From assembly GCF_019464535.1 (NCBI RefSeq), contig NZ_CP080507.1, forward strand, positions 2,310,001 through 2,342,000: a stretch of 32,000 nucleotides of DNA, in the 5' to 3' direction. The notes under the pieces are model-generated. The model saw only the letters and a list, made by a program, of their open reading frames with translations. It was not told the DNA's origin and did not search any database. Position 1 is the stretch's first letter; every line of letters begins with the position of its first letter. A program made the translations under genes and the position numbers. Of the stretch, positions 18,501 to 30,500 are shown piece by piece. The DNA is from Horticoccus luteus (GTDB lineage: Bacteria > Verrucomicrobiota > Verrucomicrobiia > Opitutales > Opitutaceae).

Positions 18501-21500
18501 TGCCTCTTCTACCACAACACCGCCACCGCCGGTCGCGGCGGCGGCGCCGGCTTCAACGGCCGCTCACTGATCATCGCCCACACCGTCTTCGCCGACAACA
18601 CCGCCACGCCGGCCACCGACGACAATTCCGTCCGCGGCGGCGCGGGCTTCTATTGGACTTTCATCGATTCCAACGCCGCCTACTCCGCGCCGTGGATCAC
18701 CGTTAACTCGATCTTTTACGGCAATCGGCTCACCGGCACCTTCGCCCCCACCACGCTCGAAAACCAGCAGTTCGGCCTCTCCCTTGATCTGCCGGCTTAT
18801 TACCCGATCTGGAGCCTGCGCAAATTCGCCGGCAACGACATTGAAGGCCTCACTCGCCTCGCCACCCGCAACGGTGCCGAGGGCAACGTCGACTACGATC
18901 CATTCTTCGTTTCGCCGACGTCCCATAATTTCTCGCTCAGCGTTGACTCCCTGCTCCTGAACGCCGGCTCCGCCTACAGCTCCGGCACCGACACGACCAC
19001 GATCGTCGGCGGCTTCGCCGACATCGGTGCCATCGAAAGCACGGCCACTTCCTCCTTCGTCCCGTTTGCCCTCACGTTCACCGCCCTGCCCGCCACCGCC
19101 AACGGTCGAAACTACACCCTCACCACGTCGGCCAATCCCACCGCCACGTCCTTCATTTGGGAGGTTCGCCGCCCCGGCGCCACCGAATGGACCACCGTCA
19201 CCAACGACGCCTACACCACCGGCGCCGGCACTCGCACGCTCACCCTCACGACGCCGCCGCACACGTGGAACGGCAGCATCTACCGGCTCCGCCTCGTCGC
19301 TTACGGCCTGCGTTATTACAGCCTCGAGCAGACGGTCGCCATTCTCCCGTCGTTCCTCTTCGTCAAGCCCACCGCCACCGGCACGGGCGACGGCACCTCG
19401 TGGACCAACGCCTGCACCCTGCCCACCGCCCTCGGGCTGGCGGTCAACTTCACCCAAATCTGGATCGCCCAAGGCACCATTCCGCTCTCGCCGAGCTACC
19501 CCAACCGCATCCGGATTCCCACCGGCGCCCGGCTCTACGGCGGCTTCGTCGGCACTGAAACCTCGCTCGCGCAGCGTCCCGGCGTCGGCTCCGCTGTCAC
19601 CCACATCAAGTCGGCCAATGGCGAACCGCTATTCCAAGTCATCGGCACGAACCCCGCGACCGACACGCCGACGCTGATTGACCGCGTCACGGTCGAAAGC
19701 AACAGCCCTTCCACCTACACCCGCGGCCCCGGTTTCCAGCTCGAAAACGCGAACTGCGCCTTCACCGACGTCACGTTTTCATACCTCTGGCAAGGCGCGC
19801 GCATTCGCAACGGCGGCCAGATTTCCTTCACCAATCTCACCGCCACCTTCTGCGGCACCGCGCTCGATATCGACAGCGCCGCTGTCCAGATCACCGGCAG
19901 CCAGTTCGAAAATTGCGGCACCACGCAGAACACCGACATCTCGGCCGGCGCGATCCAGAATTTCCGCGGCACCGTCACGATCGCCGACTCCACTTTCTCC
20001 AGTAATGGCGGTTACTATGCCGGCGCGATTTATTCTGCCGGCGGCAGCGGCTCCATCGACCTGCAGCGTTGCCGTTTCCTCGATAACCGCGGCTGGCGGT
20101 GGGCCGGCGCGATCTTCGTCAGCCATGATTCCGGCACCCGCATCGCCAATTCCCTCCTCGCCCGCAACCAGGTCGTTTCCGGCAGCGGCAACGGCGGTGC
20201 CATCCTGAACTACGGCAGCCTCTCCATCGTGCACTGCACGCTCGTGGCCAACCGCGCCGCCTACGACAGCGCCATCTCCGCCGTCGGTCCGACGTCGCTC
20301 ATCAACTCCATCGTGTGGGGCAACACATTCCCCGACATCGGCCATCCCGAACTGCAACGCGTGATCGGCAACACCTCCGCGTCCAACTCCCTTGTCCAAG
20401 GCGGCGGCGCCTACGATCCTTTCTTCGATCCCGCCAGCGCCGACTACGCCCTGACCGCTTACTCGCCCGCGCTCAATCGCGGCGGCACCGACGACGCCCT
20501 CGCCGGCACGCTCGATCTCGCGGGTCACGTCCGCCGCTATTCCGGCGGCGCCGCCGATCTGGGCGCCAGCGAGTTCGCCGGCCCACCCGGCACGCCTGTC
20601 TATCTCACTTCGCCGATCTCCGACCAGACCGTCTACGTCGAGCGCACCGCCACGTTTACGTTGACGGGCACCATCGGCTCCACCGTCAGCTCCACGGCGT
20701 TCACCTGGGAATACAAGAATGGCGCCTCCTGGGCACCGATCGCCGGTATTCCCAACGCCGTCATCACGTCCTCGACCACGGGCAGCACGCTCACGTTGAC
20801 GAACGTCACGACGTCGCAAAACGGTCTCCAATTCCGTGCCACCGCCCCCGGCGTCGGCAGCCTCGGCACCGCCACGCTCACCGTCAAAAATCGCGTCATC
20901 CTTTACGTCGACAGTCGCGTCGCCACCTCCGGCAACGGCCTCACCTGGGCCACCGCCCTCAAAACCATCACCGAAGCGATCACCCGCGCCACCGCCGACA
21001 CCGACATCTGGATCGCCACCGGCGACTACGCTGATGCCGGCATCACGCCGCCTCCCGAGGCCCGCGTTTACATCGGCTTCTCCGGCAACGAAACCTCGGT
21101 CGATCAGCGCGATCCTGCCGCCAACCCGATCCGCGTCGGCCAACCGCTCGCCGACGTCACGCTCGTCGTCGACGACGTCACCACGCTCGTCCCACCGTTG
21201 ACGCTCGCCGCCGGGCAGAGCGCGCGTTGGCAGGTCGACACCGGCGGCGGCAATTTCGTCGATCTCGTCGCCGACGCCGATCGCACCATCAGCCTCGTGA
21301 AAGGTGTTCCCGGCCTCAGCCTACACGCGAACCTCGCCCTCACCGGCTACCGTTATCGCGTCGTCGTCTCGGATAACACGGGCGACCTTTTCACCTCCGA
21401 CAGCGCCCAGATCACCGTCATCCCGCGCCCGACCGTCTACGTCGATGCCGCTGCCGCCAGCGGCGCCCACACCGGCGCTGATTGGGCCAACGCCTTCAAC

Positions 21501-24500
21501 GACCTCGCCGCCGCCCTCGCCGCCTACCCCGCTTTTGCCGATTTCAAAATCGCCGAAGGCACCTACACCGCGCCCGCCGGCACGAGCTTCCAGCTCCGCC
21601 GCAGCCTCACGCTCACCGGCGGCTACGTCGCCGGCACCGCGACCCGCGATCCCGCCGCGCATCTCACCATCCTGCAATCCGCCGACGGCACCGTTGCTTC
21701 CTCCACCGCGCTCAAGGTCAACGCCGACCGCGGCATCGTCGACGCGCTCACGGTCCTCGACGGCTTCACTTTCCGCCACGCCGGCACCGGCCTCTCCCTC
21801 CGCGACGCCTCGCCGCAGCTCCGCAATTGCCGTTTCGAAAACCTCATCACCGGTCTCTCCGCCGCCTCTTCGACATTCACGATCGAGGACAGCGCGTTCA
21901 CCGGCCAGACGCTCAGCGCCATCCGCACGAGCAACCAGTCCGCCCTCACGGTCCTGCGCTGCACGTTCACCAATAATTCCGCCGGCACCGATGTCTACGT
22001 CGGCGGCGGCGCGATCGGCCTGGGCGATGGCGGCACTCAGCCCGGTCCGCAATCGCTCGTCGTCAACGACAGCACGTTCATCGGCAACTCGGCTTACGTG
22101 GGCGGCGCGATTTCCGTCCGCAACTTCGGCAGCACGGTCACCCTCACTCGCTGCCGCTTCGACGGCAACACCGCCAGCGACACCGGCGGCGCGCTCACCT
22201 GTGTCTCCGGCGGCTCCGTCACGGTCCGCGATTCCGCCTTCGTCCGAAATCAGTCCGCCCGCTTCGGGAGCGCCATCGTGAGCGACGCCCCGCTCACCCT
22301 CGCGTTCGTCACCGTCGCTGCCAACGTCGCCGGCGCTCACCCGAGCAACGCCGCCATCTCCACCGCCGCGCCCCTCACTGTCCGCGACAGCATCATTTGG
22401 GGCAACACCAACGCTGGCGTCAGCCAGGGCGAATACGGCCAATACAGCACCAACAACGTCACTCCGACGTTCTCTGATTCGATCGTCGATGGCCTCCTCC
22501 GCACCGCCGGCGCCCGCCTCCTGCCCTTCGACCCGCGCTTCGTCGACGCCGCCCACGGCGATTTCCGCCTCGCCCCCGACTCGCCCGCACTCGGCCTCGC
22601 GCAATCCGCCGATCTTCTGGCCGACGAAACCGATCTCACCGGCGGCCCGCGTCCCGCCGGCGCCGCGCCCGACCTCGGCGCCTACGAATCCGCCGCCGCG
22701 CCCGCGCCCGTCTACACGTTCACCCATCTCCCGACCGCCCTGTCCGGTTACTCCGGCAGCGATCTGCCTGCACTCAGCCAAAGCATCCCCGTTGGCTACA
22801 GCGGCGCGTGGCAATATAATAGCGGCTCCGGTTGGGTCACGCTCCCCTCATCCTCCAGCACCGCCCTTCCCGGCGCGCGCAGCATCTTCGTCAATTCCCA
22901 ATCCAGCTCCCTCTTCACCCAGCTCTCGATTTTTGGCCTCTCCTCCGCGCTCGACGCCACGAACCTCCGCTTCGTCCTCACCGCCGGATCCAACACCTAC
23001 CCATCGCCGGCCATCCCGATCACCGTCCTGCCGTTCGCCACGCTCTACGTTGATGCGAGTCGGGGGTCTTCCGGCGATGGTGCGTCGTGGGCCACCGCGT
23101 TCAAAACCCTCGACGAAGGCCTCGCCGCCGTCGACGCCGGCCATCGCGTCCTTTACGTCGCCGAGGGCAGCTACCGCGGACCGTTTGTCCTCCCGATGCG
23201 CTTTGAGATCTACGGCGGATTTCCGACCGGCGGCAGCGACTTCCCTTCGCGCGATCCCTCCGCGCACCCGACGATTCTCACCGGCCTCGCCGCCAACGGC
23301 ACCGATCGCACCGACGTCGTCCGTCTCGCTTACAGCGGCAACAACTACAGCCAGCCGATCGTCGACGGCTTCGTCATCGAAAACGGCCACACCGGCCTCT
23401 CTGCCGATGTCGGCGTCGCGCCCACGCTCCGCCACCTCGTCGTTCGCGGCCACGATGCCACCGGCCTCGTCCTCAACCAAAGCAGCGGCGCCTCCCTCAC
23501 GGATTCGCTTTTCGAAAACAACGCCGGCACCGACGGCGGCGCGATTCGCACCATCAACTCCTCGCAGACCACGCTCGAACGCGTGATCGTCCGCGGCAAC
23601 TCCGCCACGCGCGGCGGCGGCCTCTACCTCGCCGACAGCGCCATTCTCCGCTCCGTGCTCGTGACCGGCAACGTCGCCGACACCGGCGGCGCGATCTACT
23701 TCGCCGGCTCCTCGCCGCTCCTCACGCAGGTCACCCTCGCCGGCAACCGCGCCACCACCGCCCCCGCGATCTACACGCGCTACGCCCCCGTTGCGTTGCG
23801 CAACAGCATCGTCTGGGGCAACCGCGCCACGTCCGGCGACGCCCTCGTCCAATTCGGCTCCTTCGATAGCGGCACGTATTTCATCTTTGACCACGTCACC
23901 GCCGAGCAGGCGCCCACGACCACCGGCATCCTTCGCGCCGATCCGCTCTTCATCACCGCCGTCGATCCGTCCGCCGCGCCGACCACCACCGGCGATTATC
24001 GCGTCCGCGCTGTCTCGCCCGCGATCGACGCCGGCGCCGACGCCTTCGCCACAGGCATCACCCTCGATGTCGCCGGCCAGCCGCGCGTCGTCGGCCCGGT
24101 CGACGTGGGCGCCTACGAATCCACGACGACCGGCATCACCCCGCTCGCCATTGCCGCCCCGCCCGCCGCGCTCGCGTTTCACCGCAGCGGCTCCGGCAAC
24201 ACCTTCTCCATTTCCGCCACCGGTGCCGCCTCGATCCTCTGGCAATCCGCCGCGCCCAACGGCGCCTGGACTTCCCTCGACGGCGCCCCCGGTTTCTCCG
24301 GCGCCACCACCGCCACGCTCACCGTCACCGCCGCTACGCCCGCGCTCAACGGCTATCGGTTCCGCGCGCTCGTCACCGGCACCGACGGAAGTGTCGTCAC
24401 CTCCGACGCCGCCACGCTCACCGTTTACGTTTCCCGCCTCTACGTAAACGCCGCGCGCGCCGGCTCCGAAACCGGTGACGGCCTCACCTGGGCCACCGCG

Positions 24501-27500
24501 TTCCACGCGCTCGACGACGCGCTCGCCGCCGCCCCGCTCGATCCCGAAGGCACCGAAATCTGGATTGCCGCCGGCACCTACCCGCCCGCGACGGTTTACA
24601 CGGCGCGCAGCGGCCTCGCGTTCTACGGCGGTTTCGCCGGCACCGAAACTTCGCTCGGCGAACGCGACCTCTCCGCCCACGTCACCGCCTTCACCGCCGC
24701 CGCCGGCCAGTCGTCGATCTTCACCACCGCGTCCACGCCGGCCTACGCGCTTCCAATTCGCTTCGACGGCCTCACGTTCAACAACAGCGCCTCCGCCACC
24801 GCCGTCACCAACGCCGGTCGCGCGCTCGATTTCGATCGCGTCCGCTTCACCGGAGTCGCCGCCGCCCTTTCCAGCCTCTACGCGCCCGTCACCCTCCGCC
24901 GCGTCGAGGTGCGCGGCAATGACAGTGCCTCGATCCTCGTCTACGTCCTCGGCGGCTCCGCCCTCGTCGAAAACTCTCTCTTCGCTGGCAACCGCAGCAG
25001 CGGCTCCGGCCAGCTCACATATTTCGCCGCGCCCACCATCATCCGCCACAGCACCTTCGCCAGCAACCGCGGCGACCATCCGCCGTTGTCTTTCGGCGAC
25101 GCCAACAACCAAACCTACAACTCCATTTTCTGGGGCAACCGCCAGCTCTCGTCGCCCGCCACCGCCACCAGCCTGAACGGCGCCGCCCGCCTCTACGTTG
25201 TCTGGAACAGCGTCGTCGAAAACCTCACCGACCTCACCCGCGTTGCGACTTCGCTCCAAAATAACACCGCCGCCGACCCGCGCTTCGTCGCCCCGCTCGC
25301 CGCCACCGCCACGCCGTTCACCGCCGGCGATTTCTCCCTCAGCAGCGCGTCGCCTGCGATCGACCTCGGCAAAAACGACCAGACTTCCTCCGACGCGATC
25401 GACCTCGCCGACCACGCGCGCCAGCACGGCCTCTACGTCGATCCCGGCGCCTACGAATATCAGGCTGACGACATCTACGCGCTCACCACGCAGCCCGCCT
25501 CGACCTACGCCTCCGCCGTCACTCCCGCCACGTTCACCGTCGCCGGCTCGCGCGCTGCCACCTTCGCCTGGGAGGTCAGCGCCGACGCCGGCGCCCACTA
25601 CACCGCGATCCCCGGCGCGACCACCGCCACGCTCACGGTTCCCGGCGCCGCCGAAGTCGATGGCAACCTCTACCGCGCCCGCGTCCAGTTCGTCACCGGC
25701 CCCGAACTGGTTTCGTCTGCCGTCACACTCTCCTTCCTGAACCCCGTCGTCACCGCCTCCGCACCCGCCGGGTTTGCCACGCCCGCCTCGTTCTCCGCCA
25801 CCGCCAACCAATCCGTCACCGCGTGGCAATGGCAGGTGAGCACCGGCGGCGGCGCGTTCACCGATGTCCCGGGCGCGACCTCCACCGCGCTCGACGTGTC
25901 CGGCGACGCTTCGTTCGCCAATCGCACCTACCGCGTCCAGGCGACCTTCGCCGCCGGCCCCGTCGTCACGTCCAACACCGTGGCCTTTGTTTACGCCGAC
26001 GCCGTGCCCGCCTCCACCTCGCCGGCGCAACTCGCGTTCTCAGTCGCCGGCGGTGTGCAACCCGCCTCGCTCACCGACGCGAACTTCGCCGTCCTCCCGC
26101 AGTTCTCCGGCCGTCTGTCCCTCACCGCCGGCGATCTCACGCCCACGTTCAACGGCGCCGCCGTCTCCTTCTCCTTCGCCGAACCACTTCCCGCCGGATC
26201 ACGCGTCTTCGTCACCACCACCGCCGCCCTCCGCCGTGCCGACGGCGTCGGCGCCCGTCCGCAAGTCTGGGAATACCGCGTGCCCACCATCAGCGGCGCC
26301 GGCGCCTTCGCTCTGCCCACCACCCTCTCCCTCGCCACCGCCACCACCCTCACCGCCGGCGACGTCGATGGCGACGGCACGCCCGACCTTCTCGTCGCCG
26401 ACACCGACGGTCTCCGCGTCTGGCGCAACGACGGCCTCGGCGCCTTCACCGCCGACGCCTCCGCCTTCGGCTCCGCGAATGCCAAAGCCCTCGCTCTCGG
26501 CAGCCTCTCCGCCAACGCCACCCTCGACGCCGTCGTCATCACCGCCACGGGCGATGTCGAAATCTGGACCAACGACGCCGCCGGCCACTTCACCCTCGCG
26601 CAAACCCTCCCCTCACTCTCCGCCCGCGCCATCGCCCTCGGCGATCTCGATGCGGACGGCGACCTCGATCTCGTCGTCGCCACCGCCACCGGCAATCGCG
26701 TTTACCTTAACAACGGTTCCGCCGTCTTCACCCCTGGCGCCACCTTCGGCTCCGCCGCCGCCACCTCCGTCGCCCTCGCCGACTTCGACCTCGACGGCGA
26801 TCTCGACGTGATCGTCACGAGCACAACGAACACGATCATCTACTCCAACAACGGCTCCGCTGCCTTCACCGCCGCGCTGACCAGCGCCACACCCGCCGAC
26901 CGCGTGACCACCGCCGATCTCGACGCCGACGGCCGCCTCGACGTGATCCTCACGCGCGCCGATCAGCCGGCGCGCCTGTGGCGCAACACCGGCGCATTCC
27001 AGTTCACCACGCTCGCCGCCGCGCCCGGCGGCGGCACCCTCGCGACCCTCGCCGCAGGCGATATCGACGGCGACGGCCGCGCCGACCTGATCCTCACCGA
27101 CGCCGTCGGCACCACCTCGCCGTGGCTCACCGCGCCCGATCTCGCCAGCGCGCCGCTCACCGCCCAACCGCTCCTCAATCTCGGCGCCGACGTCACGCTC
27201 GCGGACCTCGATGGCGACGCCGCTCTCGATCTCGTCGGCCTCGATGCGGCCGGCCATCCGATCGCCTCACTCTATCATCGCACCGCGACGCAACTCGACG
27301 AAGGGACCACCGCCTCGCTCGCCGCCGCCGGCTTCACGCCCGCGCCGACCACCGTTCACCTCGCGTCGCTCCCGGCCCATGGCACGCTCCTGAACGGCGT
27401 CACGCCCGTGCAAATCGGGGACACCTTCCCGCTCGCCGCCGCAGCCTCGCTCACCTATTCGCCGGCGGCCCATTTCAACGGCCTCGATTCGTTCACGTGG

Positions 27501-30500
27501 AGCGACACCGATGGTGGTGCTCCGCGCACCTACTGGCTGCTCGTCAAACCTGTCGTCGACAGCATCACCGCGACTGACGACACCCTCACCGTCGCCCAAG
27601 GCGGCACCGCCACCACGCTCGATGGCGCCATCGCCAGCGTCCTTGCCAACGACATTAACGAGGACGACGGCGCCTTCGTCGCGTTCATCGTCACCCGCCC
27701 CGCGCACGGCACACTCACGCTGAACTCGGACGGCACGTTCAGCTACGTCCACGACGACTCCGAAACACGCACCGACTCGTTCACCTACCGCGCCAAGAAC
27801 CTCGTCACCGGTGCCTATGCCGACGCCACCGTGGCGATCACGATCCAAAACGTAAACGCCGCTCCCACCGCCATCGCCCTTGCACCGGCTTCCGGCACGC
27901 ATTACACCGGCCAGCCCGCCGGCGACACGGTTGCGCTCCTCTCCGCCAGCGATCCCGACCCGGAAGATGCCGGGCTGCTCACGTTCACGCTCGTCACCGG
28001 CACCGGCGATACCGGCAATGCCGACTTCACCCTCTCGGGCACGTCGCTCGTCACCGCCGGCCCCATTGATTCTTCGCTCGGCCTGACGCGCTCCCTCCGC
28101 GTTCGCGCCACCGACCCCGCCGGGCTCTGGTTCGAGCAAACGTTCACGGTTTCATTCACCCAGGCCCCGACGCCGCTCGCCGCCAGCGCCACCCTCGACG
28201 AAGACACGCCCGCTGCGCTCACCCTCTCCGCCGCCGGCGGCGCCGCCGCGCTCACCTACGAAATCGTCTCCGCTCCCGCCCACGGCTCGCTCACCGGCAC
28301 CGCGCCCAATGTCACTTACACGCCGTCCGCCGACTACAACGGCAACGATTCCTTCACGTTCCGCGTCACCGATGGCACAGTCACGTCGGCGCCCGCGACC
28401 GTTTCGCTCACGATCAACCCCGTTAACGACGCCCCCACGCTCGCCACGCACGAAATCACGACCGACGAGGACACGCCGGTCACCTTCACCCTCGACGGCT
28501 CCGACGTGGAAAACGACCCGCTCACCTACCACATCTACACCTCTCCGCGCCTCGGCAGCCTCGTCATCAACGGCTCCTCTGCCACCTACACCCCGAGCCA
28601 CCTCGGCGGCCAGTTCGGCACCGAAGACGCGTTCCTGCTCTACGTCGACGACGGCTCGCCGCTCGGTTTCTCCTCGCCCGTCCTTTTCACCGCCCACGTC
28701 GCCGCCATTCCCCACGCGCCTGTCCTCGACGCTCTTCCCGGCGGCGGCTTTGGCGGTAACAAAAACGAGCCGATCACCTTCACCGTTCACGCGACCGATC
28801 TCGACGGCGGCTTCATTAGCTACCGCGTCGGCACCGCGCCCGCGCACGGCAGCGTTCGCTTCAGCGGCGCCGATGTCACCTACGTGCCCGCCTACAACTT
28901 CTCCGGCGCCGACTCGTTTACCATCGTCGCCACCGACGGCGCGCTCGATTCCGCGCCCCTCACCGCGATCGTCGCGGTCGCCGACCCCGTGCCGGGCGCG
29001 TTCGATCTCTCGTTCACCGGCGCCCAACACACCACGCTGCACGGCTACTTCCAAGGCAGCGATGCGCAGAACGACCCGCTCACCTACCAAGTCCTCACCG
29101 CGCCTGCCCATGGCTCGATTGCCCAACGCACCGAAGTTGTGACCGTCGATTCGATCTCCGCCCTCACCTCCTGGGTCGACTACACGCCTGACGCCGCCTT
29201 CAACGGCACCGACTCGCTCACCTACGTCGCGATCGATCCCGCCGGCCAGGTTTCTGATCCCGCCACGATCACGTTCAACGTCACCGCCAACAATCTCGCG
29301 CCCGTCGCCACCGACGTCTCCGTTTCCCAACTCGGCCTCGCGTCCACCGCCGCCGTCACGCTCGCCGCGACCGACGCCGAGGGCGATGCCCTCACCTACC
29401 GCATCGTCACGCCGCCCACGCACGGCCAGCTAACCGGCGATGGCTCCGCCGCGGTCACCTACACGCTCGCCGCCGCGCCCTTTGTCGGCACCGACACATT
29501 CACCTACGTCGCCAACGACGGCTCGCACGACTCCGCACCTGCCACGGTCACGCTCAACTTCACGAAGGACGTTCGCGCCGCCCACACCGTTGGCGACCTC
29601 GTCGACGTCTATCGCGGCCTCGGCACCGACATCGACGTCCTCGCCAACGATCACGACGACTGGGGCGATCCGATGTTTATCTTCGAGGTCACGCAGCCCG
29701 CCCACGGCACCGTCACCAAATTCAGCGACCACGTCTATTACGCCCACAACGGCGACTCCGCCACCGACGACGAGTTCACCTACACCGTCTCGAACTTCAG
29801 CGGCCTCACCGTCACCGAACACGTTTTCATCACGGTCAAAGATTACGTCATCAACGTCACCTCCAACGCCGACTCCGGCGAGGGCACCCTCCGCGCCGCC
29901 ATCGACACCGTCAACCGCTACGCTTTCACCCCGCTCACGCCCTCCGGCGACCGCGCCGAGTGGACGATCAACCTGCTCCTCGCCGCCGACAGCAGCATCA
30001 TCAACGCCCTGACCGCCGGCGCGAGCAACGACATCGCCCCCGCTGTCCCCGACCACGATACGCTCGGCGCCTCCGCCTACGAAATCCAAGGCCATGTCAC
30101 CATCCGCGGCGCGGCGCCCTCCGGCCGCGTCACGCTCAACCCCATCGCCGCCGGCGGCCGCCTCCGCGCGTTCTACATCGACCCGCGCGCCGTGGTCACG
30201 TTGCAGGACATCGACGTCACCGGCGGCACCGCGCACCTCGGCGGCGCCATTCTCAACGACGGCGCACTCACACTCGAAAACGTCACCCTCTCCGCCAACA
30301 CCGCCGACGCCGATGCCGACGCCCCGGGTCGCGGCGGCGCGCTCTACAACCGCGGCGATTTCGCGCACTTCAATACCATCGCCACCCTCTCGCTCACCAA
30401 CGTCGCCTTCACCGGCAACGTCGCCACCGAAGGTGCCGGCCTCTATCAGGCCAACGGCGAAATCACCGCGCACAGCGTCACCTTCTCCGGCCACGATGCC

